A stretch of DNA of 34,557 bases, taken from a bacterium. Lineage in GTDB: Bacteria > Eisenbacteria > RBG-16-71-46. Shown here one piece after another: positions 9,626 through 18,412 of this stretch. Position 1 is the stretch's first letter; each line of letters starts with the position of its first letter. The position numbers were made by a program, and so were the translations under genes. Location: assembly GCA_043779265.1 (NCBI GenBank), contig JAYWEM010000154.1, positions 1 through 34,557 of the forward strand, written 5' to 3'. A model generated the notes under the pieces. The model ran no database searches. It was not told the origin of the DNA and saw only the letters and a program-made list of their open reading frames with translations.

Positions 9626-12264
9626 CGACTCCCCCCCAGCGACAGACCGATCTCGATCCGTCTCGGAGCGAGGAAGCGCGTCGGGTTCTCCAGCGTGGCC
9701 CGCTCCGAGAGTCCGAGCACGGAGGAATAGTAAGGACTGCCCGAGTTGTTGAACACGAACCCATTGAAGAAGCGGGCATCGAGCGCGTTGTAGATGCGGG
9801 CGAACCAGCGAGCGCGCTGACCGAACAGCGGCCGGGTCCGCTCGGCCCGCAGGTCGAGCTGCGCGCCGAAGGGCTTGCGACTCGTGTTGGTGATGTCGTA
9901 GCCGGCCGAGGCGTCGCTGACGCTCAAGGGCGTGAACGGCTGCCCGCTGCCCGAGCGCAGCACCGCACTCACGATGTACGCCTCGGGCTTGGCGAGTGTG
10001 AGCGTCAGGTTGAGCGTGTGGCGCTGATCCCAGTTGAACGGGAGCTGCCGCGGCCGCGGGTCCTGTCCCGCCTCGGCTCGCGTCGCCGTCTCGCGCGGGT
10101 CGCTCGAGTTGCCCTGCGCGCGCTGCCACGTGTAGTCGAGCGACGAACTGAGCAGACCACGCGAGCGTTGGTCCAGGGCGATAGTGAAGCCGACGACGTC
10201 GCCGAAGTCGACGTTCGCCCACCTCGCGTATTCGGCCGAGTTGTAGGTCGTCACGAACTCCACGCCGAGCAGGTCGCGGATGTCCTTGTAGAACGTGCTG
10301 ACATCCACGCCGAACCACTCGTTGACCGCATGCTTGTAGCCGAACTGGTACTGCACCGTGCGCTCGGGCCGGATGTCGGGGTTGGCGATGACGCCCTTGT
10401 TCAGCCCGGACTCGCCCGCCGGGATGTCGGCGAGCGCGGCGTAGTCGGCGTTGGCGAAGATCTGGCCCAGTTCGGGCATCTGGTAGAAGTGCCCGTATGC
10501 GAAGAACACCGCGGCATCCGCGGTGACCGGATAGGAGACGCCGAGTCGCGGCGACAGATTCAGCTTGCGCGACGTCGGCACGGGAACCGAGAGCGGCGCG
10601 CCGGCGATCGAGTTGGCGGGGTTCGCAAGATCGCTCGGCAGGCTCGAGCGTGCATCGAAATGGTCGAGCCGGAAGCCCGCGCGCACGTTGACGTCGCCCA
10701 ACTCGACTTCCGCCTGGGCGAAACCGGCGCCCTGCACGGGCTCGAACGATGGCCGCTCTTGGAGGAATCGAGTCAGCGACGTACCGCCCGGGATGAGCAG
10801 AGCGTCCGAACCGAAATCGATCCGCGGCCACTGCATCTCGGCACCGAACTTGTATTGGACGTCGCGCGTCACCTGATCGACGAACGAACCCTTGGCGATC
10901 CACGTGTCGGAGTTCTGCGTGAACCGCCCGAGATCGACTCCCTGCAGGAAGAACGCGCCAAGCCCGAAGCCATCGTCCGTCCGCAGGGCCAGCGCCTCGT
11001 CGTAGCGCGCGTCGTACAGATCGTCGTAGGCGCGATCGGTGTAGTGCAGCACGTTCTGCCGCACGCTCAGGTTGGCGAAGCGCGTGCTGCTGAACGTGTG
11101 CGAGACATCGAGTCCATGCACGAGCGAGAACTGCTTCTGTCGCCGCATGCCCTCCGGCAGGAAGCGGAACGCCCAGTCCTGCCGCCTCGTCTGCGAACCA
11201 TTGGCGATCACTTGATAGCTGAACTCCCAGTCGCGGCTGGCACGATGGGTGAGCTTGGTGATGCCCGACCACTCCCGCGACGTGCCGAGCGCGACCTCGC
11301 GGCCATCGCCCGAAGGGCGATAGACATCCGCCTCGAGCCCGCTGGAATCCGTCGGGGCGAACAGGCTCGTGGCGCGCACGTAGTCATCGAAGTGCGCATA
11401 GCGGCCGCTCACCAGATACGTCGTCCGCGCCAGGGGCAGCGGCCCACTGAGGCTGGCCTGATAGCCCTGGATCGCGCCCGGGCGGATGCTCGCTGGCATC
11501 AGGCGATCGCTACCGCCGTCCCATACGAAGCTCCCGTGCGAGACCTCCGCGTCCCACTGGAGCTTGTCGCTGCCGCGGCGCAGGATGGCGTTGACGACTC
11601 CGCTCATCGCCTGCCCGTACTCCGCATCGAAAGTGCCGCTGATGACCTGCACCTCCTCGAGCAGCGAGCGATCGAGCTTGAGCGTCGAGGCGTTATTGAA
11701 GGCGTTGTTCACGCTCACGCCATCCACCTGGAACTGCACCTCGCCGAGTCGTCCACCGCGGAAGTGTCCGTCCACGACGCCCGCCTGGAGATTCACGATC
11801 TCCTGCAGTTCCTGGACCGGCAGCGCCTGGATCTCCTCTCGGCTGACCGAGGCGACGTTGCTGGTGCGGTTCACCTCGACCACGGGCCGCCGGGCGCTCA
11901 CCACGATCTCCTGCATCTGCACCGGTGCTTCGGCGAGCGCGAGGTCCAGCCGCGTGGTCTGGTCGGCGCTCACGACGACGTCCTGCGTCGCCACGCTGCG
12001 ATAGCCGAGGAGGCTCGCACGAACGGTGTACGTGCCCGCCGGGATCTGGACGATGGTGAATCGCCCGGTCTCATCACTGGCAGCGCCGAGCGGCGCCCCG
12101 ATGACGATGACGTTGACGCCGATGAGCGGCTGCTTGCGCTCATCCACGACGCGGCCCGAGATCTTGCCCGTCGTGCCTGCCCAACTCGTGGCCGCGACCA
12201 GCAAACCGGCCACGACTGCCCATCCTCGCAGCGCGGCTCGCAACTCGACTCGGATCACGCCCAC
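9622..12264 (-). CDS. TonB-dependent receptor with N-terminal carboxypeptidase-regulatory-like domain (about 880 aa)
   Basis: Motifs GTTGKISGRVVDE, plug domain HFRGGR...VDGVSVN...GTFDAEYGQAMSGVVN, SPRLGVSYPV, ANPDIRPERT and C-terminal PRRIEIGLSL. The start is GTG at 12264 or 12258. Confidence 0.92.
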   Translation of the reverse strand: MGVIRVELRAALRGWAVVAGLLVAATSWAGTTGKISGRVVDERKQPLIGVNVIVIGAPLGAASDETGRFTIVQIPAGTYTVRASLLGYRSVATQDVVVSADQTTRLDLALAEAPVQMQEIVVSARRPVVEVNRTSNVASVSREEIQALPVQELQEIVNLQAGVVDGHFRGGRLGEVQFQVDGVSVNNAFNNASTLKLDRSLLEEVQVISGTFDAEYGQAMSGVVNAILRRGSDKLQWDAEVSHGSFVWDGGSDRLMPASIRPGAIQGYQASLSGPLPLARTTYLVSGRYAHFDDYVRATSLFAPTDSSGLEADVYRPSGDGREVALGTSREWSGITKLTHRASRDWEFSYQVIANGSQTRRQDWAFRFLPEGMRRQKQFSLVHGLDVSHTFSSTRFANLSVRQNVLHYTDRAYDDLYDARYDEALALRTDDGFGLGAFFLQGVDLGRFTQNSDTWIAKGSFVDQVTRDVQYKFGAEMQWPRIDFGSDALLIPGGTSLTRFLQERPSFEPVQGAGFAQAEVELGDVNVRAGFRLDHFDARSSLPSDLANPANSIAGAPLSVPVPTSRKLNLSPRLGVSYPVTADAAVFFAYGHFYQMPELGQIFANADYAALADIPAGESGLNKGVIANPDIRPERTVQYQFGYKHAVNEWFGVDVSTFYKDIRDLLGVEFVTTYNSAEYARWANVDFGDVVGFTIALDQRSRGLLSSSLDYTWQRAQGNSSDPRETATRAEAGQDPRPRQLPFNWDQRHTLNLTLTLAKPEAYIVSAVLRSGSGQPFTPLSVSDASAGYDITNTSRKPFGAQLDLRAERTRPLFGQRARWFARIYNALDARFFNGFVFNNSGSPYYSSVLGLSERATLENPTRFLAPRRIEIGLSLGGSR

Positions 12265-12278
12265 TCCCCTCGCCGGAG

Positions 12279-12313
12279 GGGTCGGGCGGAGCGAACAGGC
12301 ACTCCGCCGACCC
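12279..12313. other. Intergenic GC-rich stem-loop between the CBM gene and the TonB receptor gene
   Basis: GGGTCGGGCGGAG / CTCCGCCGACCC: 12 bp stem with one bulge, 10-nt loop, no U-tract. Confidence 0.55.
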
Positions 12314-12330
12314 GCCGGATGGTGCTCACA

Positions 12331-14232
12331 TCAATCGATGAACATCACCTTGCCGGCCAACGAGGCCCGCAGGGCGCCCGTGTTCGGATCCGCCAGTCGG
12401 AGGCGATAGAAGTAGAGCCCATCGCCGAGCCCGGCGCGCGTCAGCAGTGCGGTCTGCGTCCCCGCCTGACGGACTCCCAGCGACCGCGAGGACACCTGAC
12501 GGCCCTGCAGGTCATACAACTCGAGCCGCACGTCGGCGTCGACCGGCATCGCGAATCGCAGGGTCGAAGCGACGCGCGTCGGGTTCGGATACTGACCGAG
12601 CATCCGGAATCCGGTCGCGACCGAGCCGCCACCATCGCCGACATCGGTGACGAACGAGTTGGGATCCATGTACGCCACCACCGGGCAGCAGGTGTTGTCG
12701 TACTCGGCCTGCCACCATGTCCGCGTGCCGTAGCTGTCGGTGAACGGCGTGAACGAGTCGGCGTCATGGTGCGTGATGCTGAACCACAGCGCGCCATCAC
12801 CACGGCCGACCGGGTAGCTCAGTTTGGGGAGCACGAGCTTCAGCTCGGCCTGATAGCCGTTGTCCGCCTGCAGCCCGAGCGTATCCACGGTCGTGCCGAC
12901 GTTCATCGACATGGCGACCTCGGCCCCGCCCGAGTCGCGCAGCGCTGGCAGGTACTCCTCGAGCTGCGCCTGGCCGGTCGGACCGACCCGCAGCACGAGG
13001 CGGCGCGTCTGCAGCGTCTTGTCGACGGGACCGCGCTTGGTGCGCTCGTAGATACCCACCGTGAAGCCGTCCCAGCGATCGAACGCATTCACGGACTGCA
13101 CCACGAGGTCGCGAACATCGAAGCCGAGGTAGAGCGAGTCCTCGCGGAAGAAGTACTTGACCGTGGCGTCGCCCGGATCGATGACCGCAGCCTCGCCCCC
13201 GTTGACGGTGGCCTGGTACTGCCAGGAGCGCCACTTGCCCATGCCCGGATAGCTCTGACGCAATGCGTCATCGCCGAAGCGGATGTCGATGCTCGGAGCG
13301 CGCTGCCACACCGCGTCGGTCAGACGACCATCGATCACGGGAGCCGGGAAGCCGCCGCCGTTCGGCACGATCAGATCCGCGCCGATCACCGGCACCGGAC
13401 CCGAGGCCACGGTGATGTCGGGACGGCTCTGGATGCGCACCTGATGATAGCCGAGCGAGTTGCCCCACGGACCCTGCAGCCAGGTGCGATAGGCGGTGAA
13501 GCGGAAGATGTTCTGCGGCCAATACCAGTCGCAGTCGTAGATCGAGAGGTTCCACTCGACGATGTCGCCCTCGGGCCGCGCCAGGTCATAGCCGAGCGCC
13601 GACACCTTGAACTTCATCTCGACCGTGTAGCGCTGGTCGATCACCGCATCACTGTTGCTGAGGCCGTTCACGACCGTGACGGCATCCCAGTTCTGGATCT
13701 GCTCGGGCGAGCGCGGCGTGCCGGGCGGGAAGTTGCTCCACACGCCGATGAACCCGGGCGAGATACCCGGCGCGCTCGGCTGGATACCGGCATCGGGATA
13801 CCACCACGAGTAGAGATGTTCCTGCGGGCCCGCCGGAGCGCCGCCATTGCGATGGTCCTTGATCGCCATCAGGAATCCGTCGAAGCGATTGAAGTCGATC
13901 GAGCCGCCGACCGAGCTGTCGCGCACCGTCGCGCCGAGCCAGATCTCGTCCCCCACCGTCAGCAGGCGGATCGTGGCGCGGACGCTGTCGCGCGGCAGGC
14001 CACCCGACTCGATCTTCCAGCCGCTGCCGGGCTCCCCGGAATCGAAGTTGAAGTTGATCTGGATCGACTCGGCCAGAGCCCACGCAGGTTCGCTCAGCGC
14101 ACCATCCAAGGTGAGCGCGGCGCCATTGGTGGTGCGGGCCCAGATGACGTCCTTGCGAACGGGCTGCGCGTCGGCCGCGATCGTGAGCGTCATGGCCGCG
14201 ACGAGTGCGAGTGCGGCGATCGGGAACTTCAT
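12331..14232 (-). CDS. Secreted glycan-binding protein with two CBM9/DOMON-like repeats plus T9SS/FlgD-like CTD (633 aa)
   Basis: ATG at 14232 with GGAGG RBS and a signal peptide. Repeats TLDGALSEPAW / VIDGRLTDAVW and IWLGATVRD / LYLGFDVRD. CTD QYPNP...LYDLQGRQV...GLYFYRL. Confidence 0.8.
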   Translation of the reverse strand: MKFPIAALALVAAMTLTIAADAQPVRKDVIWARTTNGAALTLDGALSEPAWALAESIQINFNFDSGEPGSGWKIESGGLPRDSVRATIRLLTVGDEIWLGATVRDSSVGGSIDFNRFDGFLMAIKDHRNGGAPAGPQEHLYSWWYPDAGIQPSAPGISPGFIGVWSNFPPGTPRSPEQIQNWDAVTVVNGLSNSDAVIDQRYTVEMKFKVSALGYDLARPEGDIVEWNLSIYDCDWYWPQNIFRFTAYRTWLQGPWGNSLGYHQVRIQSRPDITVASGPVPVIGADLIVPNGGGFPAPVIDGRLTDAVWQRAPSIDIRFGDDALRQSYPGMGKWRSWQYQATVNGGEAAVIDPGDATVKYFFREDSLYLGFDVRDLVVQSVNAFDRWDGFTVGIYERTKRGPVDKTLQTRRLVLRVGPTGQAQLEEYLPALRDSGGAEVAMSMNVGTTVDTLGLQADNGYQAELKLVLPKLSYPVGRGDGALWFSITHHDADSFTPFTDSYGTRTWWQAEYDNTCCPVVAYMDPNSFVTDVGDGGGSVATGFRMLGQYPNPTRVASTLRFAMPVDADVRLELYDLQGRQVSSRSLGVRQAGTQTALLTRAGLGDGLYFYRLRLADPNTGALRASLAGKVMFID

Positions 14233-14380
14233 GAGACGACCTCCAGAGGCGAGCAAGATGGCATCCACTTGGATGGAAAGGAGTCTCGACGATCCGCATC
14301 GTGCGGCCTGAGAGAGCGGTCCCCGGTCTCGAACGATCGAATCGGAGCCCACGAGATCGGCGTCCCTGCCCGAACGGATG

Positions 14381-14415
14381 TGTAAACGGTTACATCCCGC
14401 ATCTGACACTGTCAA
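14381..14415 (-). promoter_or_regulatory. Putative promoter (TTGACA at 14415-14410) with LacI-type operator TGTAACCGTTTACA (14394-14381)
   Basis: Near-perfect 14-bp CG-centred palindrome covering the -10 position, 17 nt after a perfect -35. Confidence 0.8.
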
Positions 14416-14447
14416 GGACCGGACAAAGGAATCGCGGGGACTCGACC

Positions 14448-17400
14448 TCAGCGTTGGAACGAAATGGTCGCAGGAACTCGCGCCAGATGCACGCGACCGG
14501 CCTCGTCCGCCTGTACCACCCGGCCATCCACGCGCACCTCACGCGCCCGCTCGACACCCGGGTCGCAGACGAAAACGCCCCCGCGCGGCAGGGCATCGAG
14601 CCCGCGAACCCGGACCTCGAACCCGGCCCCAGTGGCCTCGGTCTCGGTCTCGAGTCGTCCCCACCGGGTCGGCAGGCCATGAAGCCGGAGCAATCCGCCT
14701 CGAGCGAACCAGGCGGGCGAGACGCCGGCGCCGATCACGAGCCGGTCCGTGGCATCGTCCTCGAAGGCCACCAGGTCGAGCACCGAGCGCACGAAGTCCG
14801 AACCGACCCATGTGTGCGGCAGGTCGCCGATGAATCGCTGCGCGACGCTGTCGCGATGGACGACCTCGGCCCATTGATTCCACTGTGGCGGATCGCGGCG
14901 GGCCAGGAACCACTCGGTCAGGGCGAGCGCTCGCTCGCGCCAACCGAGTCGGGCCATCGCCCCTATCACGCGCACCTCGTAGGGCGTGAACGCCTCCCAG
15001 GGCTCGGTGCCGATCCGGCGACGCTCGAAGAACGCCCAATAGCGCTCGAAGGTCGCGCGCAGTGCCTCGTCGCGGATGACTCCGGCGGCGGCGGCGGGCG
15101 TGAGCGCGATCGTGGTCGAAGTGGCGTCGAAGTCGCCGAGATCGGCGCAACCGGGGACGTAGTCGATCGCATGCACGCGCATGGCCGCCTCGATCGATGC
15201 GCCAAGGTCCCGCGAGAAGGTGTCGAGCACGGCGGTGTAGCGCGCTTCGGTCGCGGGGTCTCGGAATGCGCTCGCCAGTTCGATGACATCGCGGAACCCG
15301 CGCAGCGCGAACAGATCATCCCAATAGGAGTGCATCGGCTTGGCCGAATAGCCCTCGTGGCTGATCGAGGGCGGCAGCAGTCCGAAGAAGTGGGCACGCT
15401 CGGGGGTGCGCCACTCCGCGGTGCGACGCTGCAGCCGCAGCGAGTCGAGGTAGTGCGCCACGCCGCGCGCCGTCGGCCAGAACGGCTCCACGCCCGCGTG
15501 ATCACCCGTGCGCCGCAGGTACTCCGCGAGCAGGAAGAGATACTGCCCGTTCGAATCATGCTCGGGCACCGGGTCGCTGCCGCGATGATCGACGCAACAT
15601 GGCACCTTGCCGTCGGCATAGAGGTACGGCGTGAACCACCGGATGTAGTCGAGCACGTCCTCGCCGTGGCCGAGCATCAACAGGGCCGAGCACGACAGCG
15701 AGCCGTCTCGGATCCACGAACGCTCGTAGGAGCGCGAGCCCGGCTGGATGGCGGCTCCGTCCCGATTGATCAGCAAGTAGGCGAGTTGGCTCCGCACGAC
15801 ACTGGCCAGCTCCGCCCCATCCCCGGGGATCTCGAGCGTCAGTCGATCCAACCGCTCGCGCCACAACGCCCGCACCGCCGACTCGTGGGCGGCGAACTCA
15901 TCGGCGCCGATCCGGTCGGAAAGTTCGGGAGCGCGATCGAGCGGCACGCGCACCAGCACTTCGCGCTCGCCACCGGCGGGCAACTCCAGCTCGTAGAGCA
16001 ACGCGCCGCTCGCGAGCGCATCGGCATCCGTGAGTGTGAGGCGATCGGGCAACTTCGCCGCGCGCCGCGAGCCGAGCGCCGCGACCACATCGCCCGTCGC
16101 CGACGTGCGCGCCACGAAACCATCAGCCGGCGTCAGGCCGATGACGCCTCGAACGCCATCGGCCAGCACGAGGTCGCCTTGACGCTCGAGCCGGCCGATC
16201 CGCGCGACTCCGCCCGGGGCATTCAGGAACTGGGCCGGCGGGTTCACCTGGAACGGCCGCAATGCGAGCGCGAGCGTCACGCGCTGCGAGTGCGGCAGCG
16301 GATTCCGCACCACGTAGCGCGCGAGGATCGAACTGCGGCCGGGGGCCCCCTCGGCGAACACCGAGGTCGTCAGCTCGAACTTCGGATGACGCCATCGCAC
16401 CCAGGGCATCGGAAGGTCGCCGTCTCTCAGCCCGAGATCGCGCTCGACCTCCGCCCAGGTCACGACCGAGCGATCGTCCAACACGATGAACGGCTCGAGC
16501 GACCACTCCCCCTTGCCCACCTCGAACGCACCGTCCTCGCTGAACAGCGACTCCTCGCGGGCACGATCGACGCCGACGATGGTCCAGCGCGATCGCTCGC
16601 CCAGCATCGCGCGCGGCAGCTCTCCGCGTCGTCGATGCGCGCCGTGCTCGCGCCAGATCGAATCGGGCGAAGCACCCCAAGCGAGCGAGCGGAACTCCAA
16701 CTCCATCAGCCGCGCGTTCCCGGCCGAGCGCGGGGCGCTCACGCGCACGAAGCGCGCTTCGGTCTCGGGCGAGCGGAACAGGTCGAGCCCGAGGTCGGAT
16801 GTGCGGGTCGCGCGATACGTCCGCCACGCGCGCCCGTCATCGGAGAGCTCGATCGAGAGGTCGAGACCGCGAGGCGGCACGCCACCGGCCGCGCCCGCGC
16901 GCGCCGAGCTCCACGTGAGTGCCAGCCCGCCGAACTCGCGGCGAGAACCCAAGTCGAGCGTGAGCGGGCCCTTGGGTCTCCAGCCGGTCGCCGCGTCCCC
17001 ATCCACTGCGGTACCCCCAGCCGCACTGCCGACGACGCGAGCGATCGGCGGCCACGGCGGCGGCGGCGGCAGGGAATCGAGCGTCAGCTCATCGAACCAC
17101 ACGCTGCCCGAGCCGCCCTGCCCCGCCGTGATGGCGAACTCGAGCGCCGCGAAGCGCTGCAGTTCGCCGGGCAACGGGCCCCACGCGAAGGAGACGTGCC
17201 GCTTCTTGATCCGGATCGTCTCCCACTCGCCGTCGAACATGTGGTCGCGCTGGACACTCCACCACACGTTCTCGCCGCTCGCATCCACCACTTTGAACTC
17301 GACGTGATTCGGCTTGGCGAGCGCGCGCATGCGGAACGTGAACTCGTAGTTCGCCGGCACGTCGGCCGAGATCGCCTTGCGGAGCACGGCATAGCCGCCG

Positions 17401-17591
17401 CCCTTCTGGAAATCGAAGTCCATGCGCACCGCGCTGCCTCGGTCGGACTTCTCGAGCGCCAGTGTCGCCAGCACGCCGCTCGCGGGCTGGGCCTGCCAGC
17501 CCTCCAGCGAATCGAAGGCGTCAAGCGTGCGGGCGGTGGCGGGCGTGCCGGACCACACAGCGAGAACCAGCAACAGGAGCGCCTTCCGCAT
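14448..17591 (-). CDS. Secreted multidomain glycosidase-like protein: N-terminal CBM-like domain, F5/8-type C (discoidin) domain and C-terminal (alpha/alpha)6 barrel (1047 aa)
   Basis: Signal peptide MRKALLLLVLAVWSGTPATA. Discoidin motifs AVDGDAATGW...LDLG...LSDDGRAW...ARFVRV. Six-hairpin glycosidase motifs YERSWIRDGS, EHDSNGQ and GDLPHTW. No CTD. Confidence 0.8.
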   Translation of the reverse strand: MRKALLLLVLAVWSGTPATARTLDAFDSLEGWQAQPASGVLATLALEKSDRGSAVRMDFDFQKGGGYAVLRKAISADVPANYEFTFRMRALAKPNHVEFKVVDASGENVWWSVQRDHMFDGEWETIRIKKRHVSFAWGPLPGELQRFAALEFAITAGQGGSGSVWFDELTLDSLPPPPPWPPIARVVGSAAGGTAVDGDAATGWRPKGPLTLDLGSRREFGGLALTWSSARAGAAGGVPPRGLDLSIELSDDGRAWRTYRATRTSDLGLDLFRSPETEARFVRVSAPRSAGNARLMELEFRSLAWGASPDSIWREHGAHRRRGELPRAMLGERSRWTIVGVDRAREESLFSEDGAFEVGKGEWSLEPFIVLDDRSVVTWAEVERDLGLRDGDLPMPWVRWRHPKFELTTSVFAEGAPGRSSILARYVVRNPLPHSQRVTLALALRPFQVNPPAQFLNAPGGVARIGRLERQGDLVLADGVRGVIGLTPADGFVARTSATGDVVAALGSRRAAKLPDRLTLTDADALASGALLYELELPAGGEREVLVRVPLDRAPELSDRIGADEFAAHESAVRALWRERLDRLTLEIPGDGAELASVVRSQLAYLLINRDGAAIQPGSRSYERSWIRDGSLSCSALLMLGHGEDVLDYIRWFTPYLYADGKVPCCVDHRGSDPVPEHDSNGQYLFLLAEYLRRTGDHAGVEPFWPTARGVAHYLDSLRLQRRTAEWRTPERAHFFGLLPPSISHEGYSAKPMHSYWDDLFALRGFRDVIELASAFRDPATEARYTAVLDTFSRDLGASIEAAMRVHAIDYVPGCADLGDFDATSTTIALTPAAAAGVIRDEALRATFERYWAFFERRRIGTEPWEAFTPYEVRVIGAMARLGWRERALALTEWFLARRDPPQWNQWAEVVHRDSVAQRFIGDLPHTWVGSDFVRSVLDLVAFEDDATDRLVIGAGVSPAWFARGGLLRLHGLPTRWGRLETETEATGAGFEVRVRGLDALPRGGVFVCDPGVERAREVRVDGRVVQADEAGRVHLARVPATISFQR

Positions 17592-17593
17592 GC

Positions 17594-18412
17594 TCAATCC
17601 TTCAGGCTGCCCGCGAGGATGCCGCGGGTGTAGAACCGCTGGAGCGCGAGGAACAAGACGAGCACGGGCATCACGGTGAGCACGGCTCCCGCCATCATCA
17701 ACTCGGTGTCCTGCACGTGCTCGCCCACCAGGTTGGCGAGTGCCACCGGCAGCGTGTAGCGCGAGCTGTCCGAAAGGATGATGAGCGGCCACATGAAGTC
17801 ATTCCACGATGCGAGGAACGTGAAAAGGCCGAGCGTCACCAGCACCGGCGCGAGAATGGGGAGCACGAGCGTCCAGAAGATGCGGCCCTCGCTCGCACCA
17901 TCGATGCGCGCGGCGTCGATCAGATCGTCCGGGATCGCCATCGCGAACTGACGCACCAGGAAGATCCCGAAGATGCTGGCGAAACTCGGGAGCGCCACGC
18001 CCCACAACGTGTTCACCAGTCCCATCTGCTGCAGCAGCAGGAACAGCGGCAGCATGCCGACCTGCGCCGGGATGACGAGGGCTGCGACCAGCGCGCGGAA
18101 GAGGCCCTCACGACCCGGAAAGCGCAGCTTGGCGAACGCATAGCCCGCCATGGCGTTCAGGACGAGCCCGATCGTGGTGCCGAGCGTGGCGACGATCAGA
18201 CTGTTGCCGAAGTTGCGCGCCAGATCGAGACGGACGAAGAGCGCTCGGTAGTGTTCCAGCGTCGGCACCGCCGGCAGGAATCTAGGTGGCGCCTGATTGG
18301 CCTCCCCTGGCGCCATGAACGAGGCGGACAACATCCAGAGGAGCGGCGTCAGTGTCAGGATGGCGCCTGCGACCAGAGCCGCGTGCAGCAGGAGCGCGCG
18401 CGGGGCCCTCAT
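17594..18412 (-). CDS. Carbohydrate ABC transporter permease (MalG-like, 272 aa)
   Basis: EAA loop IPDDLIDAARIDGASE, plus GYAFAKLRFPGR and SWNDFMWPLI. ATGA overlap with the upstream gene. Confidence 0.95.
   Translation of the reverse strand: MRAPRALLLHAALVAGAILTLTPLLWMLSASFMAPGEANQAPPRFLPAVPTLEHYRALFVRLDLARNFGNSLIVATLGTTIGLVLNAMAGYAFAKLRFPGREGLFRALVAALVIPAQVGMLPLFLLLQQMGLVNTLWGVALPSFASIFGIFLVRQFAMAIPDDLIDAARIDGASEGRIFWTLVLPILAPVLVTLGLFTFLASWNDFMWPLIILSDSSRYTLPVALANLVGEHVQDTELMMAGAVLTVMPVLVLFLALQRFYTRGILAGSLKD

Noticed and set aside
9626..11272. Apparent 1652-aa ORF overlapping the TonB receptor
   Set aside because: It is off-frame read-through within the receptor gene. The real start is ATG 9625, with an RBS and a signal peptide.
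9601..17633. Very long plus-strand ORFs (9601..14385, 14301..17633; also 1082..2941, 2975..5068 and 7145..9619)
   Set aside because: They are antisense shadows of well-supported minus-strand genes in high-GC DNA, with Arg/Ala/Gly-rich translations and no motifs.
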